Source of the DNA: Fimbriimonadia bacterium
GTDB taxonomy: Bacteria > Armatimonadota > Fimbriimonadia > Fimbriimonadales > JABRVX01
Length of the DNA: 64,000 bases
Reading direction: 5' to 3'
Assembly (NCBI GenBank): GCA_041483895.1
Contig: JBGPGO010000002.1
Span: forward strand, 226,074 to 290,073
Shown here: one piece after another, positions 1 through 9,777 of the stretch
How positions within the stretch are numbered: the first letter of the stretch is position 1
How the letters are laid out: each line of letters opens with the position of its first letter
Translations under genes and position numbers: made by a program
Notes under the pieces: model-generated
Databases searched by the model: none
Told to the model about the DNA's origin: nothing
Seen by the model: the letters and a program-made list of their open reading frames with translations, nothing else

Positions 1-15
1 ATCGCCGCCAACCGA

Positions 16-1017
16 GTGGTCCCGCTTTCTTCGAAGCTCGGATTGCATCCGCAGCTGCAGCCGCTCAAGAGCATTTGGGAGTCCGGCGATATGGCGGTCA
101 TTCATGGGGTGGGCTATCCGAATCCGGATCGTTCCCATTTTCGAGCGATGGAGATATGGCAGACAGGCTCGCCGGATGTTCCCGCCAATCTCACGGAAGG
201 CTGGATCGGCAAGTATATGGACAAGGAAGGGCATCTATTGACGACCGCTGCCGGCGCGATGGCGATCGGCGGTGGCGACGTGCCGTATGCTATGTATACA
301 CCGCTATACAGTCCTCCGTCGTTCGAGACGCCGGACGATTTTACGCCGCTGTTCGGCGACAACTTTACTGTAGAGCTGATGAAGCGGAAGGCGACCCTAA
401 GGACTATCTATCAAACTGGCACGCCGGAGATCCAGTTGGCAGAGCAGGTTCGCGTGGCGGGGAAAGCGGCAATTTCTGCCAGCGATTTGATATCGAGCTC
501 GATCAATCATGGATCGAATTCGGTCACATATCCTCAATCGGGATTGGGCACAACGCTTCGAAACGTCGCACGGCTCATCTCTTCGGGCATCGATACGAGA
601 ATCTATTACGTGACGATTGGCGGGTTTGACACTCATGCTTATCAGGAAGATCTGCACCCCGATCTACTGCAGGAGCTTTCGGGCGCCTTGCGGGCTTTTT
701 ATGACGATTTGCAGGGGCTTGGATACGCCGACAAGGTCGTATTGATGACGTTCAGCGAGTTCGGGCGGAGGGTTGAGCAGAACGTGTCGTTCGGCACCGA
801 TCATGGGACGGCTGCGCCGTTGTTCGTTATCGGCAAGCCTGTGGCCGGTGGGTTTTACGGCGAGCAGCCCACGCTGTCGGATTTGGATGAAAACAGTGAT
901 TTGAAGTTCGATGTGGATTTCCGCCAGGTGTATGCGACGATGATCCAGGGATGGATGGGGGAAGACGCGGACCTGGTACTAGGCAGCCATTTCGACCGGC
1001 TCGGGTTTATTTCGTAA
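16..1017 (+). CDS. DUF1501 domain-containing protein (5'-truncated by window edge)
   Basis: Motifs GLHP, GVGYPNPDRSHF, GGFDTH, FSEFGR, GTDHG, DFRQVYAT; the frame is open to the window start. Confidence 0.85.
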   Translation: MVPLSSKLGLHPQLQPLKSIWESGDMAVIHGVGYPNPDRSHFRAMEIWQTGSPDVPANLTEGWIGKYMDKEGHLLTTAAGAMAIGGGDVPYAMYTPLYSPPSFETPDDFTPLFGDNFTVELMKRKATLRTIYQTGTPEIQLAEQVRVAGKAAISASDLISSSINHGSNSVTYPQSGLGTTLRNVARLISSGIDTRIYYVTIGGFDTHAYQEDLHPDLLQELSGALRAFYDDLQGLGYADKVVLMTFSEFGRRVEQNVSFGTDHGTAAPLFVIGKPVAGGFYGEQPTLSDLDENSDLKFDVDFRQVYATMIQGWMGEDADLVLGSHFDRLGFIS

Positions 1018-3253
1018 GAGGAACCGCCAGCGGACCTTCTGTGATCGGGGCATCCACCGCACGGTCGGGGACACCATCCCCGTTGTACCACGCGACCTGA
1101 GCAAGCCCTAATGGCCACAAAGGAAAGTCTGCGTATCCGTTTAAATGTCCAACCAACCTGTGATTCGCATCATACGCGACTTCGATCCTACACTGTCCCG
1201 GGGGTGCAAGTACATTCGGTCTCAGCGATGCGTACATATCGCTCGGAAACATCACCTTGCATTTGTCCTTCAGCTTATATTTATCGTCCCCATAAAAGAC
1301 GACAGTGTTGCTGTCAAAATCGCTCATGGATACAGCAGATTCGCGGCGAACTGCCACCGGTCCAAGGCAGCGTTTCAGTCGCGTTTGCAATGCCGAAAGG
1401 TCCATCATTTTCCCATCCGGAACGACCACAAGCGGCTTTTCAATCATTCGAATCATGGCAGGAAGGTCTTCTTTTGGGACATCCCGATAGAGGCGCAGAT
1501 GGGGATCGATAGCGAACGATGTCGGCGCTTCCGCGGTCGGCAAGGTGAAGTGGGTTGTCAGCATGATCATTTTCACCTTTTCGTCCGTGCCGTCTTGATG
1601 CTTCGCCGAATAGACTGATACCGGAATATCGAGACTGACGATCAGCCGCTCGACAGTGAGAGAACCTGTGACCTGTTTGTCGGCATATTTCACGTCATCC
1701 AGGTGCATTTTGATCGAGCCGGGGAAGCGGACCCAATAGTCAAGGAACCAGGTGTATTGTTCCCCCATTGTTTTGAAAAGGGAGTATTGGAGGAGCTCCC
1801 AATCGGTTTCCGTGGCGGAATTGACCGCGGCGATGAAGTTCTTTAGAACGCGAACCATGTTAGCCGCGCCGACGGTATCTTCGAGGTTTTCAAGTGCCTT
1901 TGCGCCTTTGCCGAGCGCCGATTTCAGCGCATCGGGGCCTTTCTCCGGTCCCTGCTCGTTGAGTGGAGATCTCTCGGATATTTCAAGCGCCTCGGGGTAG
2001 ATGCGGGCGGCGTCGGTCAGGCTAGGGTCGCGCGAGCGTGCGAACGCGGAGGCGGCGTATTTGCAGAAACTCTCCGGCCAATAGTTTCGCAAGTACGTTC
2101 CCGGTGCGTAGCCGCCGAACCAGGTATGCGCTACGCCGGTCACGATCTGGTACGCGCTTTGGACGCTGGGCATCGTAAGGACTGTCGGCATGGCAAGAAG
2201 GCAGCTGCCGGCGTTGGGGCTTTCCACGATCGAATACCGATTGTATCCGTATGCGCTGTACCGCTCGAAAAATGGCAGCGCTTTGGCGGCGACGTCGAGC
2301 GCCATTTTGGCCGTCTGGGCGTTGGCTTTGAGCTGGTAAACGGAATAAGTCACGCCGCCGGCTTTGCGTTCCGTAACGGCATAAGGCGCGGCGGAAAGGG
2401 CAAAGAAGCTGGTGGGCTGCTTGAGCTCGAAAACGTAGGAATCGGCGGCGTGCGATGTGAGGCCTCCCGTTCCGACAACCTTCCAGCCTTTTGGGGCAGT
2501 GACAGTCGTCTTCATCGTCGCAGGAGACCGGGCGATCGATGGCCACCAATAACTTCCGGTCAGCATCGCTTCATCCGGGCCAATGGTTCCGTTGAATCCG
2601 CGCCGATCTAGCACTCCCGAATATTGAATATCGATCTTTGCGGGCATCTGACCTCGCACGGCAAAAGCGATCAATCCGCCCGCCTGCTCGAACTTCAATG
2701 GCGCGCCGCCTGATGACATCTTCTCCACTAGGAATTCGGACCCAAGGCGAATCAGGGCGTACGGGCGCGGGTTCCGGGTTGTCGCCAATGTGATGGTGTC
2801 TGTGATGTGGACCTTGTGGGCGCTCGGCTCAAATCGGACCCGCATGTTGTGATCGGATATGCGATACCCGAACGTATCTTGCGGTGTAAGCGTCTGTCCG
2901 ATGAACAGATTCCCGTGATTGGATACGACGTTATAGACCCGCTGGTCCACATCGCGAATCGGAAGCGGCGTGTACACAACGAGGAGATGCTTGTCGGTTC
3001 CCGGAAGGGTGATAACCCCGGCCCGCCAGCCAAATCGCCCGGCCCCGAATGTGCTCTCACTTGCGAGATAGGAAAAATTTTCGTTACCATAATTCGACTG
3101 CAGCGCATCGAGATTTACAACATTCTTTGTTCGAGCGGCCTCGTCGGCAAATGCCGCGAATTCTTTGATATCGTACTGTTGGGCGAAGGCAGTTGCAGGC
3201 AACAAAAGGCAGGTGAGTAGAAATGATGGCATCGTGGCGATTGACGATCTCAT
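1007..3253 (-). CDS. Secreted M1 aminopeptidase-like protein with degenerate zinc motif (probably non-catalytic)
   Basis: Signal peptide; M1-like N-domain (YWWP, TVTAPKGW); 'TGVAHTWFG...YWPESFCKY' where HExxHxWFG...WLxEG is expected; ATG overlaps the SDR stop (ATGA). Confidence 0.7.
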   Translation of the reverse strand: MRSSIATMPSFLLTCLLLPATAFAQQYDIKEFAAFADEAARTKNVVNLDALQSNYGNENFSYLASESTFGAGRFGWRAGVITLPGTDKHLLVVYTPLPIRDVDQRVYNVVSNHGNLFIGQTLTPQDTFGYRISDHNMRVRFEPSAHKVHITDTITLATTRNPRPYALIRLGSEFLVEKMSSGGAPLKFEQAGGLIAFAVRGQMPAKIDIQYSGVLDRRGFNGTIGPDEAMLTGSYWWPSIARSPATMKTTVTAPKGWKVVGTGGLTSHAADSYVFELKQPTSFFALSAAPYAVTERKAGGVTYSVYQLKANAQTAKMALDVAAKALPFFERYSAYGYNRYSIVESPNAGSCLLAMPTVLTMPSVQSAYQIVTGVAHTWFGGYAPGTYLRNYWPESFCKYAASAFARSRDPSLTDAARIYPEALEISERSPLNEQGPEKGPDALKSALGKGAKALENLEDTVGAANMVRVLKNFIAAVNSATETDWELLQYSLFKTMGEQYTWFLDYWVRFPGSIKMHLDDVKYADKQVTGSLTVERLIVSLDIPVSVYSAKHQDGTDEKVKMIMLTTHFTLPTAEAPTSFAIDPHLRLYRDVPKEDLPAMIRMIEKPLVVVPDGKMMDLSALQTRLKRCLGPVAVRRESAVSMSDFDSNTVVFYGDDKYKLKDKCKVMFPSDMYASLRPNVLAPPGQCRIEVAYDANHRLVGHLNGYADFPLWPLGLAQVAWYNGDGVPDRAVDAPITEGPLAVPLTK

Positions 3254-4077
3254 GGCCGGCCGGTTACGGGATAAAGCGATCGAATGTATTCCGTCCACTC
3301 CGGATCGCTCAGCTTTTCTCGCTCGGCAAGCAGCTCTTCGCAGTCGGAGCCGACCCGGTAGCGGAGCTTCGGCGGCTCGTCCGTTGCGGCGCGAACGATT
3401 GCCTCGACAACCAGGGCGGGGTCGCCGGCGGCATCCTTGAGCGTCGCTCGCCGGGCTTTGACCGCCTCGAATATCGGTGCATAGGGCGAGGATGGGTCCT
3501 TCGACTCCTCGTTCATGCGTAGGGATCGGTTTTGGAAATCGGTTTGGAAGTAGCCGGGTTCGATCAGGCAGACGGAGATGCCGTGGATTCCGACCTCGTA
3601 GTTGAGGGACTCGGTAAGGGCTTCCACCGCGTGCTTCGTGGCGGCATAGACGCCGCTGAACGGATATGTGATCTTCCCAACGATGCTCGACAGGTTGATG
3701 ATCCGGCCGCCGCCCAGCCGCCTCAGGATGGGAAGCGCGGCCTTGGTCACCCGCAGGACCCCAAGGACGTTGGTGTCGAACAGTTGGCGCGCCTCTTCCA
3801 TGTCGGCATGCTCTTGGAAGGAGAAATAGCCATATCCGGCGTTGTTGACCAGCACGTCGAGACGGTCAACATGCGACATGGCGGAGGCGACGGAAGAATC
3901 AGAGGTTACGTCAAGCGGGAGAATCTGCTCGATCCCCGCCTCGCGCAATGGGCCGGCATGTGACACGTCGCGCATGGTGGCGATGACCCGCAATCCCTCC
4001 TTGTGAAACCGCAAAGCCGCAAGCAGGCCGAACCCGCTGGAGCAGCCGGTGATCAAAACTGTCCGTTTTCCTTCCAT
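3250..4077 (-). CDS. SDR family oxidoreductase (17beta-HSD-like)
   Basis: TGCSSGFG, NNAG, YAATK, IEPG motifs; start set at MEGKRTV. Confidence 0.92.
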   Translation of the reverse strand: MEGKRTVLITGCSSGFGLLAALRFHKEGLRVIATMRDVSHAGPLREAGIEQILPLDVTSDSSVASAMSHVDRLDVLVNNAGYGYFSFQEHADMEEARQLFDTNVLGVLRVTKAALPILRRLGGGRIINLSSIVGKITYPFSGVYAATKHAVEALTESLNYEVGIHGISVCLIEPGYFQTDFQNRSLRMNEESKDPSSPYAPIFEAVKARRATLKDAAGDPALVVEAIVRAATDEPPKLRYRVGSDCEELLAEREKLSDPEWTEYIRSLYPVTGRP

Positions 4078-4087
4078 CCTTCGCCTT

Positions 4088-4110
4088 CCTTCGGCTGCGC
4101 TCAGGACGAG
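4088..4110. repeat. Half copy of a small palindromic extragenic element (CCTTCGGCTGCGCTCAGGACGAG)
   Basis: Resembles the widespread 'CTTCGxCTxCGCTCAG' repeat family; loosely similar to the arms of the 7195-7286 element; lies in a 53-bp divergent intergenic gap. Confidence 0.35.
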
Positions 4111-4130
4111 CCGTGAGGGATAATTGTGGC

Positions 4131-5045
4131 ATGAAGCTGGTAACGTTTCGCGCTTACGATAAAGTCCGGGCGGGCTTTTGGCTGGATGGGGTGGGATTGG
4201 CGTGCGATCTTCACGAGTGTGCGAGCTTGGTCCCTGACAGGGAACCGATGCCGTGCACCATCCGAGAGCTGGTGTCTTCCGGCAGGATGGATGAGGCAAG
4301 GAGGATCGAACAGATCACGAGGGGCGTTGCCGAGGCGGTCCCGGGCGCCCTAACCGGCCTGGCGTTTGAGATGCCGGACGTCGAGTGGCTGCCACCGATC
4401 CCGGACCCGTCCAAAATCATTGCCATCGGCCTCAACTACAAGGATCACTGCGAGGAGCAGGGCCTGCCGCCGCCGACGTTCCCGACGGTTTTCGCCAAGC
4501 TGCCGAACAGCCTCGCGGCTCAAGACGCTGATGTGATCTATCCCAGGGAGACGACGAAGCTGGACTATGAGGCGGAACTTGCCTTTGTGATCGGGCGGCT
4601 GGCAAAGCGAGTGGCGAAAGAGGATGCGTTGGACTTTGTCGCGGGATACATGTGCCTCAACGACATAACGGCGCGCGACATCCAAAAGTCCGAGGGCCAA
4701 TGGATTCGAGGCAAGTCGTTCGACACGTTCTGCCCTTGCGGCCCATACTTGGTGACGCCGGACGAAGTGCCGGATCTGGGGAACCTGGCAATTCAGTGTA
4801 AGGTCAACGGGGAAACGCGGCAGGATAGCAATACGAGCCAATTGATTTTTGGCGTCGCCGATCTCGTGTCGCGATTGTCCAGCTCCTTCACGCTGTATCC
4901 AGGGGACATCGTGACGACCGGGACTCCGGGCGGGGTAGGGATGTATCGGGGCGAAGACTATCTGTTGAAGGTTGGCGATACCGTGGAGGTCACTATCGAA
5001 CGGCTAGGAACCTTGCGAAACCGAGTAGTGGCCGAACCGACCTAG
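4131..5045 (+). CDS. Fumarylacetoacetate hydrolase family protein
   Basis: KIIAIGLNYxDH, DYEAEL, NDITARD, KSFDTF, TGTPGGVG. Confidence 0.93.
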   Translation: MKLVTFRAYDKVRAGFWLDGVGLACDLHECASLVPDREPMPCTIRELVSSGRMDEARRIEQITRGVAEAVPGALTGLAFEMPDVEWLPPIPDPSKIIAIGLNYKDHCEEQGLPPPTFPTVFAKLPNSLAAQDADVIYPRETTKLDYEAELAFVIGRLAKRVAKEDALDFVAGYMCLNDITARDIQKSEGQWIRGKSFDTFCPCGPYLVTPDEVPDLGNLAIQCKVNGETRQDSNTSQLIFGVADLVSRLSSSFTLYPGDIVTTGTPGGVGMYRGEDYLLKVGDTVEVTIERLGTLRNRVVAEPT

Positions 5046-5724
5046 CATCCTGCGCCGCCGCGCGAAGGTCCCGGCATTTGTCGCGAAGTGCGACGATGGC
5101 GGTCCGCTCGGCATCGCTCAAGGTCGTCGAAGCATGGCCGTGATAGTCCGGTCCCATGATATCGCTGGGGTTGGCGGCATCGGTAAGACCCAAAATGTGA
5201 CCGAATTCGTGCGCCACGATGTGAATGATGGAGGCGCGATCGTGGCGGCCTCCCATATGGCTGCAGAGAGCAACCTGCACGCTTGCCGTGATGTTGGCCG
5301 TCCGCTCATCTCCGCAGACAACCGCTCGCCGGGTCCAATCCACGTGGCCGCACAGCTTCTTTCCATCGCAGTCCAGTTCGTCCACAAATGTGACGACCAC
5401 GTTGGCGTGCGCTCGGTCCGATGTCAGCTCGAAGGGGTTGTCGTCGCCCAAGGCATCCGACCAGATATCCAGCCCGGCGACGCACTGCTTATAAACCGTG
5501 GAATTGGGATCGGCGTCGATGAATACTTTTGCCTTTTGGAGGAGAACCAGGTTGATTTCCGCGAGCGCTCGCTCGTACCGGCCCTCGCTATAGGCCGTGC
5601 AGGCGGCTTCGTAGTGCCGCGCGATTTTTGGATCCAACCGCTCGGAGTAGGCGGACAAATCCGCGGCGTATCCCCCAGTAAGCGAAACCAGCCATAAGGC
5701 CGGCAAACATCGCAGCGCCCTCAT
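4993..5724 (-). CDS. Secreted matrixin (M10-like) metzincin protease
   Basis: Signal peptide; HEFGHILGLTD zinc motif with Met-turn DIMGP. Confidence 0.8.
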   Translation of the reverse strand: MRALRCLPALWLVSLTGGYAADLSAYSERLDPKIARHYEAACTAYSEGRYERALAEINLVLLQKAKVFIDADPNSTVYKQCVAGLDIWSDALGDDNPFELTSDRAHANVVVTFVDELDCDGKKLCGHVDWTRRAVVCGDERTANITASVQVALCSHMGGRHDRASIIHIVAHEFGHILGLTDAANPSDIMGPDYHGHASTTLSDAERTAIVALRDKCRDLRAAAQDARSVRPLLGFARFLAVR

Positions 5725-5928
5725 AATGCCCTCTTTCCACAATGCAAAAAGAAATCAAAGAAAAATCGCGCGAGGGGAATCCACCATGCCCCTTGGCGAC
5801 TGGGGCATGATACGGCAGGTTGGCGATATGTCCAATGCCTGGTAAGGGCAATTCCGGTAAACATGGCGAGCAATCCCAATAGTAGGACCTGTACGGGGCC
5901 TGGTAACCCCCATTGGTATAATCTCGGC

Positions 5929-7191
5929 ATGACTCCGCAAAATCCTCAGGACCTGCTGCTTTCTGTCCGGCAGGCATATCGCGAACATGTGAATCCGGGG
6001 CTGGAACGATTGTTCGCGTTCATGGGATTGCCGCTGGAATGGCGGTCGGAAGGCTGCACGATCTACGACGCGGAGGGAATTGGCTACCTGGACTGCCTCG
6101 GGGGATATGGGGTGTTCAGCCTGGGCCACCGGCATGCGAAGGTTGTGGAGGCCGTCAAGCGGCAGCTCGACCTTATGCCGCTGTCGGGGAAGATTTTCTT
6201 TAATAAGCCCGTCGCTGACTTGGCGGTGAAGCTGTCGGAGATCGCGCATCTGCCTTATAGTTTCTTGTGCAATTCAGGCACGGAGGCGGTGGAGGGGGCG
6301 ATCAAGGTGGCGCGCAAGGCGACCGGCAAGCACAACTTCGTTGCCACCATTGGGGGCTTTCACGGCAAGAGCATGGGGTCGCTGTCGGCATCCGGCCGCG
6401 ATGTGTTCAAGGTCGGATACGATCCGTTGGTGCCGGGTTTCGCCCACGTGCCGTTTGGGGACGCGGCCGCGATGGAGGAGGCGGTTGGGCTGGATACAGC
6501 CGGGATCATCGTGGAGCCGATCCAGGGGGAGGGTGGAATTGTCTGCCCGCCTGCCGACTATCTGCCGCGGTTGCGTGCGCTGTGCGACAAGGCCGGGGCG
6601 CTGCTGATTTTGGACGAGGTGCAGACGGGACTGGGGCGGACGGGGAAGATGTTCGCATGCGAGCACTACGGAGTCGTGCCGGACGTGATGACGCTTGCGA
6701 AGGCGCTCGGCGGCGGCGTGATGCCGTGCGGGGCGTTTCTAGCGACGGCGGACGTGTGGGAGAAGGCGTTTGGCGAGAACCCCCTGATTCATACCAGCAC
6801 CTTTGGCGGGAACCCGATGGCGGCGGCGGCTGCGCTGGCTACCATACAGGCGATTCAGGACGAAGGGCTTTGTGAGAAATCGCGGCTGATGGGTGAGCGG
6901 ATGGTGGCCGGGCTGCGGCGGGTGCAGGCGGAGTTTCCTCAACACATACTCGAAGTTCGCGGGATGGGTCTGATGATCGGCGTGGAGTTCGCGGATGATG
7001 ACGTGGGGAAGTTGGTGATTGGGAAGATGATTTCCAACCATGTGCTGGCGGCGTATACGCTCAACAATCCGCGGGTGATTCGGATGGAGCCTCCGCTGAT
7101 TATCTCGCCGGAGCAGGTGGATCAGGCCGTTTCCGTTTTTGCCGCCGCGATGACTTCGACGGCGGAATTGCTGACTGAGATGGGTGTGTAG
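5929..7191 (+). CDS. Class III aminotransferase, putrescine/acetylornithine type (PatA-like)
   Basis: SGTEAVEGA, FHGK, EPIQGEGG, DEVQTG, AKALGGG, HTSTFGGNP. Confidence 0.88.
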   Translation: MTPQNPQDLLLSVRQAYREHVNPGLERLFAFMGLPLEWRSEGCTIYDAEGIGYLDCLGGYGVFSLGHRHAKVVEAVKRQLDLMPLSGKIFFNKPVADLAVKLSEIAHLPYSFLCNSGTEAVEGAIKVARKATGKHNFVATIGGFHGKSMGSLSASGRDVFKVGYDPLVPGFAHVPFGDAAAMEEAVGLDTAGIIVEPIQGEGGIVCPPADYLPRLRALCDKAGALLILDEVQTGLGRTGKMFACEHYGVVPDVMTLAKALGGGVMPCGAFLATADVWEKAFGENPLIHTSTFGGNPMAAAAALATIQAIQDEGLCEKSRLMGERMVAGLRRVQAEFPQHILEVRGMGLMIGVEFADDDVGKLVIGKMISNHVLAAYTLNNPRVIRMEPPLIISPEQVDQAVSVFAAAMTSTAELLTEMGV

Positions 7192-7194
7192 CCC

Positions 7195-7286
7195 GTCATT
7201 CCGAAGCGCAGCGAGGAATCCCTCTCAGAAGCCTCCAACTATTGACGACCTCCCAAAAGGGATTCCTCGCTCCGCTTCGGAATGAC
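7195..7286. repeat. REP/RPE-like palindromic element with 28-bp arms
   Basis: GTCATTCCGAAGCGCAGCGAGGAATCCC (7195-7222) pairs with GGGATTCCTCGCTCCGCTTCGGAATGAC (7259-7286), one mismatch, 36-nt loop. Confidence 0.8.
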
Positions 7287-7354
7287 ACTACACGTAGGCA
7301 ACACTAGTAACTTGCCGCGTGAGGAGCGAGAGGCGCGCAGACAGAATCCAAATC

Positions 7355-8056
7355 ATGCTTGCTCGCGCGTTTACCCTGATTGAATTACTGGTGGTCATTG
7401 CGATTATCGCGGTGCTGGCGGCGGTGTTATTCCCGGTATTTGCTAGGGCCCGGGAACAGGCGAAAGCCACGAGCTGCTCCAGCAACATGAACCAACTTTC
7501 CAAGGCCTTTTTGATGTACGTTGACAACAGCGACGGCAGATACCCGTCGGAGGGCAGCGAGGGCCGGCCGCAGCGGAACGACTGGGTGTGGGTCAGCAAA
7601 CTGATGGCGCCCGAGTTCAAGACCGCGGAGATCAAGGCCGGCGTGATCTTTCCGTATGTCAAAGATATCCGCGTATACAAATGCCCCATCGACATCTCCG
7701 TCAAGAGTGAAATCACGTATATGATGTCTGATCCGTTTGACATGCGAAAGATGTCTACGGTGGCATGGCCCTCTTCTTCGATTCTGCTGGTGGAAGAGTA
7801 TGAGAAGGGCGTGTGGTATCGCAACGACGGGACGATCTGGCCGCTGAAAGACGTGCACAACTGGCGGGCCGGCGGCAACAACTTGGACCTCATGGCGCCG
7901 TGGCATGCGGGCCGCGGGATCGTTGGGTTTTCGGACGGTCATGTCAAGGCGGTACTGCAACAGGAACTGACTCCCACCTGGGGCGCCTACGCCGGCGGCC
8001 CCTACCCGCGCCTTTTCCAGATGTTCCAGCCGGATCGAGTGGAGGAGGGTCAGTGA
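7355..8056 (+). CDS. Prepilin-type N-terminal cleavage/methylation protein (DUF1559 / H-X9-DG type)
   Basis: [35 protein letters not shown]-terminal [13 protein letters not shown]. Confidence 0.92.
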   Translation: MLARAFTLIELLVVIAIIAVLAAVLFPVFARAREQAKATSCSSNMNQLSKAFLMYVDNSDGRYPSEGSEGRPQRNDWVWVSKLMAPEFKTAEIKAGVIFPYVKDIRVYKCPIDISVKSEITYMMSDPFDMRKMSTVAWPSSSILLVEEYEKGVWYRNDGTIWPLKDVHNWRAGGNNLDLMAPWHAGRGIVGFSDGHVKAVLQQELTPTWGAYAGGPYPRLFQMFQPDRVEEGQ

Positions 8057-9357
8057 CGCGGCCAGCGCCGGACCAGCAACGCGAAGCCCGCAATCAACCC
8101 GGCGACCGGTATCGCCGGTTCCGGAACCGGCGATGAGAGCCAGACGGATGCCGTGCCGTCCATGTCCTCCGACTCCCACAGCACTTGCCCGTTGACACCT
8201 ACCGCCAAGGCACGCGAGGCAAGATAATTGAATCCTCCATACGCGTCCTTAGACAGGTTAAACTGGTTGTCAAAAACGCTGCGGACGGGCATCTTCGGCC
8301 CCAGACCATACCAGACTCCATTGCCAAATCGATCTAAGCCAATGGTTCCGAAGTCCGTCGGAATCCCAAGCAGATCAGTGCTGATATTCTTCCCGTTTAG
8401 TATTGCAATGTGACCCAGAGTCTTGCTCGCCGCCCCCCAAAAAACATCACCTTCGTCATTGATGTAATTAAAGTTCTGTGGAATTCCCTGGATGTCGCTC
8501 CCAAACGGAGCCGAGATGTCTTTCATGCCCTTCATCATGTGGTCGGTGTTATCGACATCTGTTCGAATCCATATGAAATCGTTGTGATTGTTGATCCCTT
8601 CCGGTCTGCCGCCCTTCATATTTGGAAACATCCCGGCTGTCACACTTTGTTGATTGAAAAACAGGTCCTTGATTCCGTTGGTGTTCGGCCCCATGCCTTC
8701 CCAAAGCACATCTCCCGTTTGGCTCAATACTGATTTATCTGTTATGCCATGCGCTCCGAGAATCCCCGTGCTGATATCCACACCGTTCAAGAAAACTGGA
8801 GTCGCGTCTATTGAATCGTCATACGCGCGAAACAAAGTGTCGCCTTTTCCGTTGACGCCAAACAGGAATGGATCGTAGAGCGGCTTCCCACCAGATATCT
8901 CATTGTCTCCCAAGAACCCTCTCACCGGCCCGGTTTTGCGCCAAAACCAGAACGGCCTGCCCGAATCGTCAAGTCCCCGAATGACCACTCGGTTTTGAGT
9001 CGGATCCGGTGGGAATAGCGGACCATAGAAGTCGTGACCATCCACATTGACAGAGATCGAGTCCTTGGTGCCGCCTTCCCACGCAACCTGTCCCAGGTCA
9101 TTAATGCCAAATGTATAGCCGTTGCTATTGGGCCCAAGGTATTTGAAGTTAAGGTTGGTCTTGTATTTCCACGCGTCGCGGTAGCCACCAGTTGCGATCG
9201 TCGTGTAGCAGGGGATTCCTTGCGAGTTTACGAAGTGGGTGTGTTCTGAGCCTTCCGCACCTTTGGTTCCGCTTACCAGCTGTTCATGTTTCCACTGGGT
9301 CTGGGAGTGGCAGGCGACCAGCATCGTCATTGATAGTAATCCAGATACGAAACGCAC
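8050..9357 (-). CDS. PEP-CTERM surface protein with INxxGxVxW beta-propeller-like repeats
   Basis: C-terminal VPEP + hydrophobic helix + RR; repeats [28 protein letters not shown] start with AAAGGA upstream. Confidence 0.8.
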   Translation of the reverse strand: MRFVSGLLSMTMLVACHSQTQWKHEQLVSGTKGAEGSEHTHFVNSQGIPCYTTIATGGYRDAWKYKTNLNFKYLGPNSNGYTFGINDLGQVAWEGGTKDSISVNVDGHDFYGPLFPPDPTQNRVVIRGLDDSGRPFWFWRKTGPVRGFLGDNEISGGKPLYDPFLFGVNGKGDTLFRAYDDSIDATPVFLNGVDISTGILGAHGITDKSVLSQTGDVLWEGMGPNTNGIKDLFFNQQSVTAGMFPNMKGGRPEGINNHNDFIWIRTDVDNTDHMMKGMKDISAPFGSDIQGIPQNFNYINDEGDVFWGAASKTLGHIAILNGKNISTDLLGIPTDFGTIGLDRFGNGVWYGLGPKMPVRSVFDNQFNLSKDAYGGFNYLASRALAVGVNGQVLWESEDMDGTASVWLSSPVPEPAIPVAGLIAGFALLVRRWPRH

Positions 9358-9391
9358 AATAAGCGGTCCTTTCTGAACGAAGCCTATGTTT

Positions 9392-9417
9392 GCCTGCGGC
9401 CCTTTCGGGCCGCAGGC
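9392..9417 (-). promoter_or_regulatory. Perfect 11-bp stem with GAAA tetraloop upstream of the PEP-CTERM gene
   Basis: Minus strand reads GCCTGCGGCCC-GAAA-GGGCCGCAGGC; no U-tract follows. Confidence 0.55.
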
Positions 9418-9428
9418 TGCAAAAGGGG

Positions 9429-9500
9429 TTACACACCCCAATACGCTTTGATATCTCCGTCGTTGGTGACGAAGATAACGGCGCCGTCGTTGTCGATCGC
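9429..9500 (-). pseudogene. 3' remnant of a PQQ-like beta-propeller gene (AIDNDGAVIFVTNDGDIKAYWGV*)
   Basis: Manual translation of the minus strand; looks like a terminal PQQ-type blade; frame closed by TAA just upstream inside the palindrome. Confidence 0.5.
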
Positions 9501-9674
9501 CAGATTTTATCCCTCAACAGGTCCTCCTGTTGAGGGATAAAATCTGGCGATCACCTCGGCAGTGCGGAGGACATCGGTCGGCGTATCGCAACGTGTGGAT
9601 ATATTACACCATCTTTCGGGCTCTTGGTAGCAAGGAACCTCCAGAAGACCCTCAACAGGAGGACCTGTTGAGGG
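9495..9674. repeat. Inverted doublet of palindromes (REPIN/MITE-like)
   Basis: 58-bp perfect hairpin at 9495-9552 (27-bp arms, TCCT loop); exact reverse complement of its 26-nt core at 9649-9674 (AGGA loop). Confidence 0.8.
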
Positions 9675-9777
9675 ATGCGAATAGAGAAACAATCCAGGGT
9701 CGGACCCAGTAAGATCGGTTCATGGCCTAGTGCGTGGGCACAAATGTCCCGACTGAGCGGGTCGACGACTACCGCGT

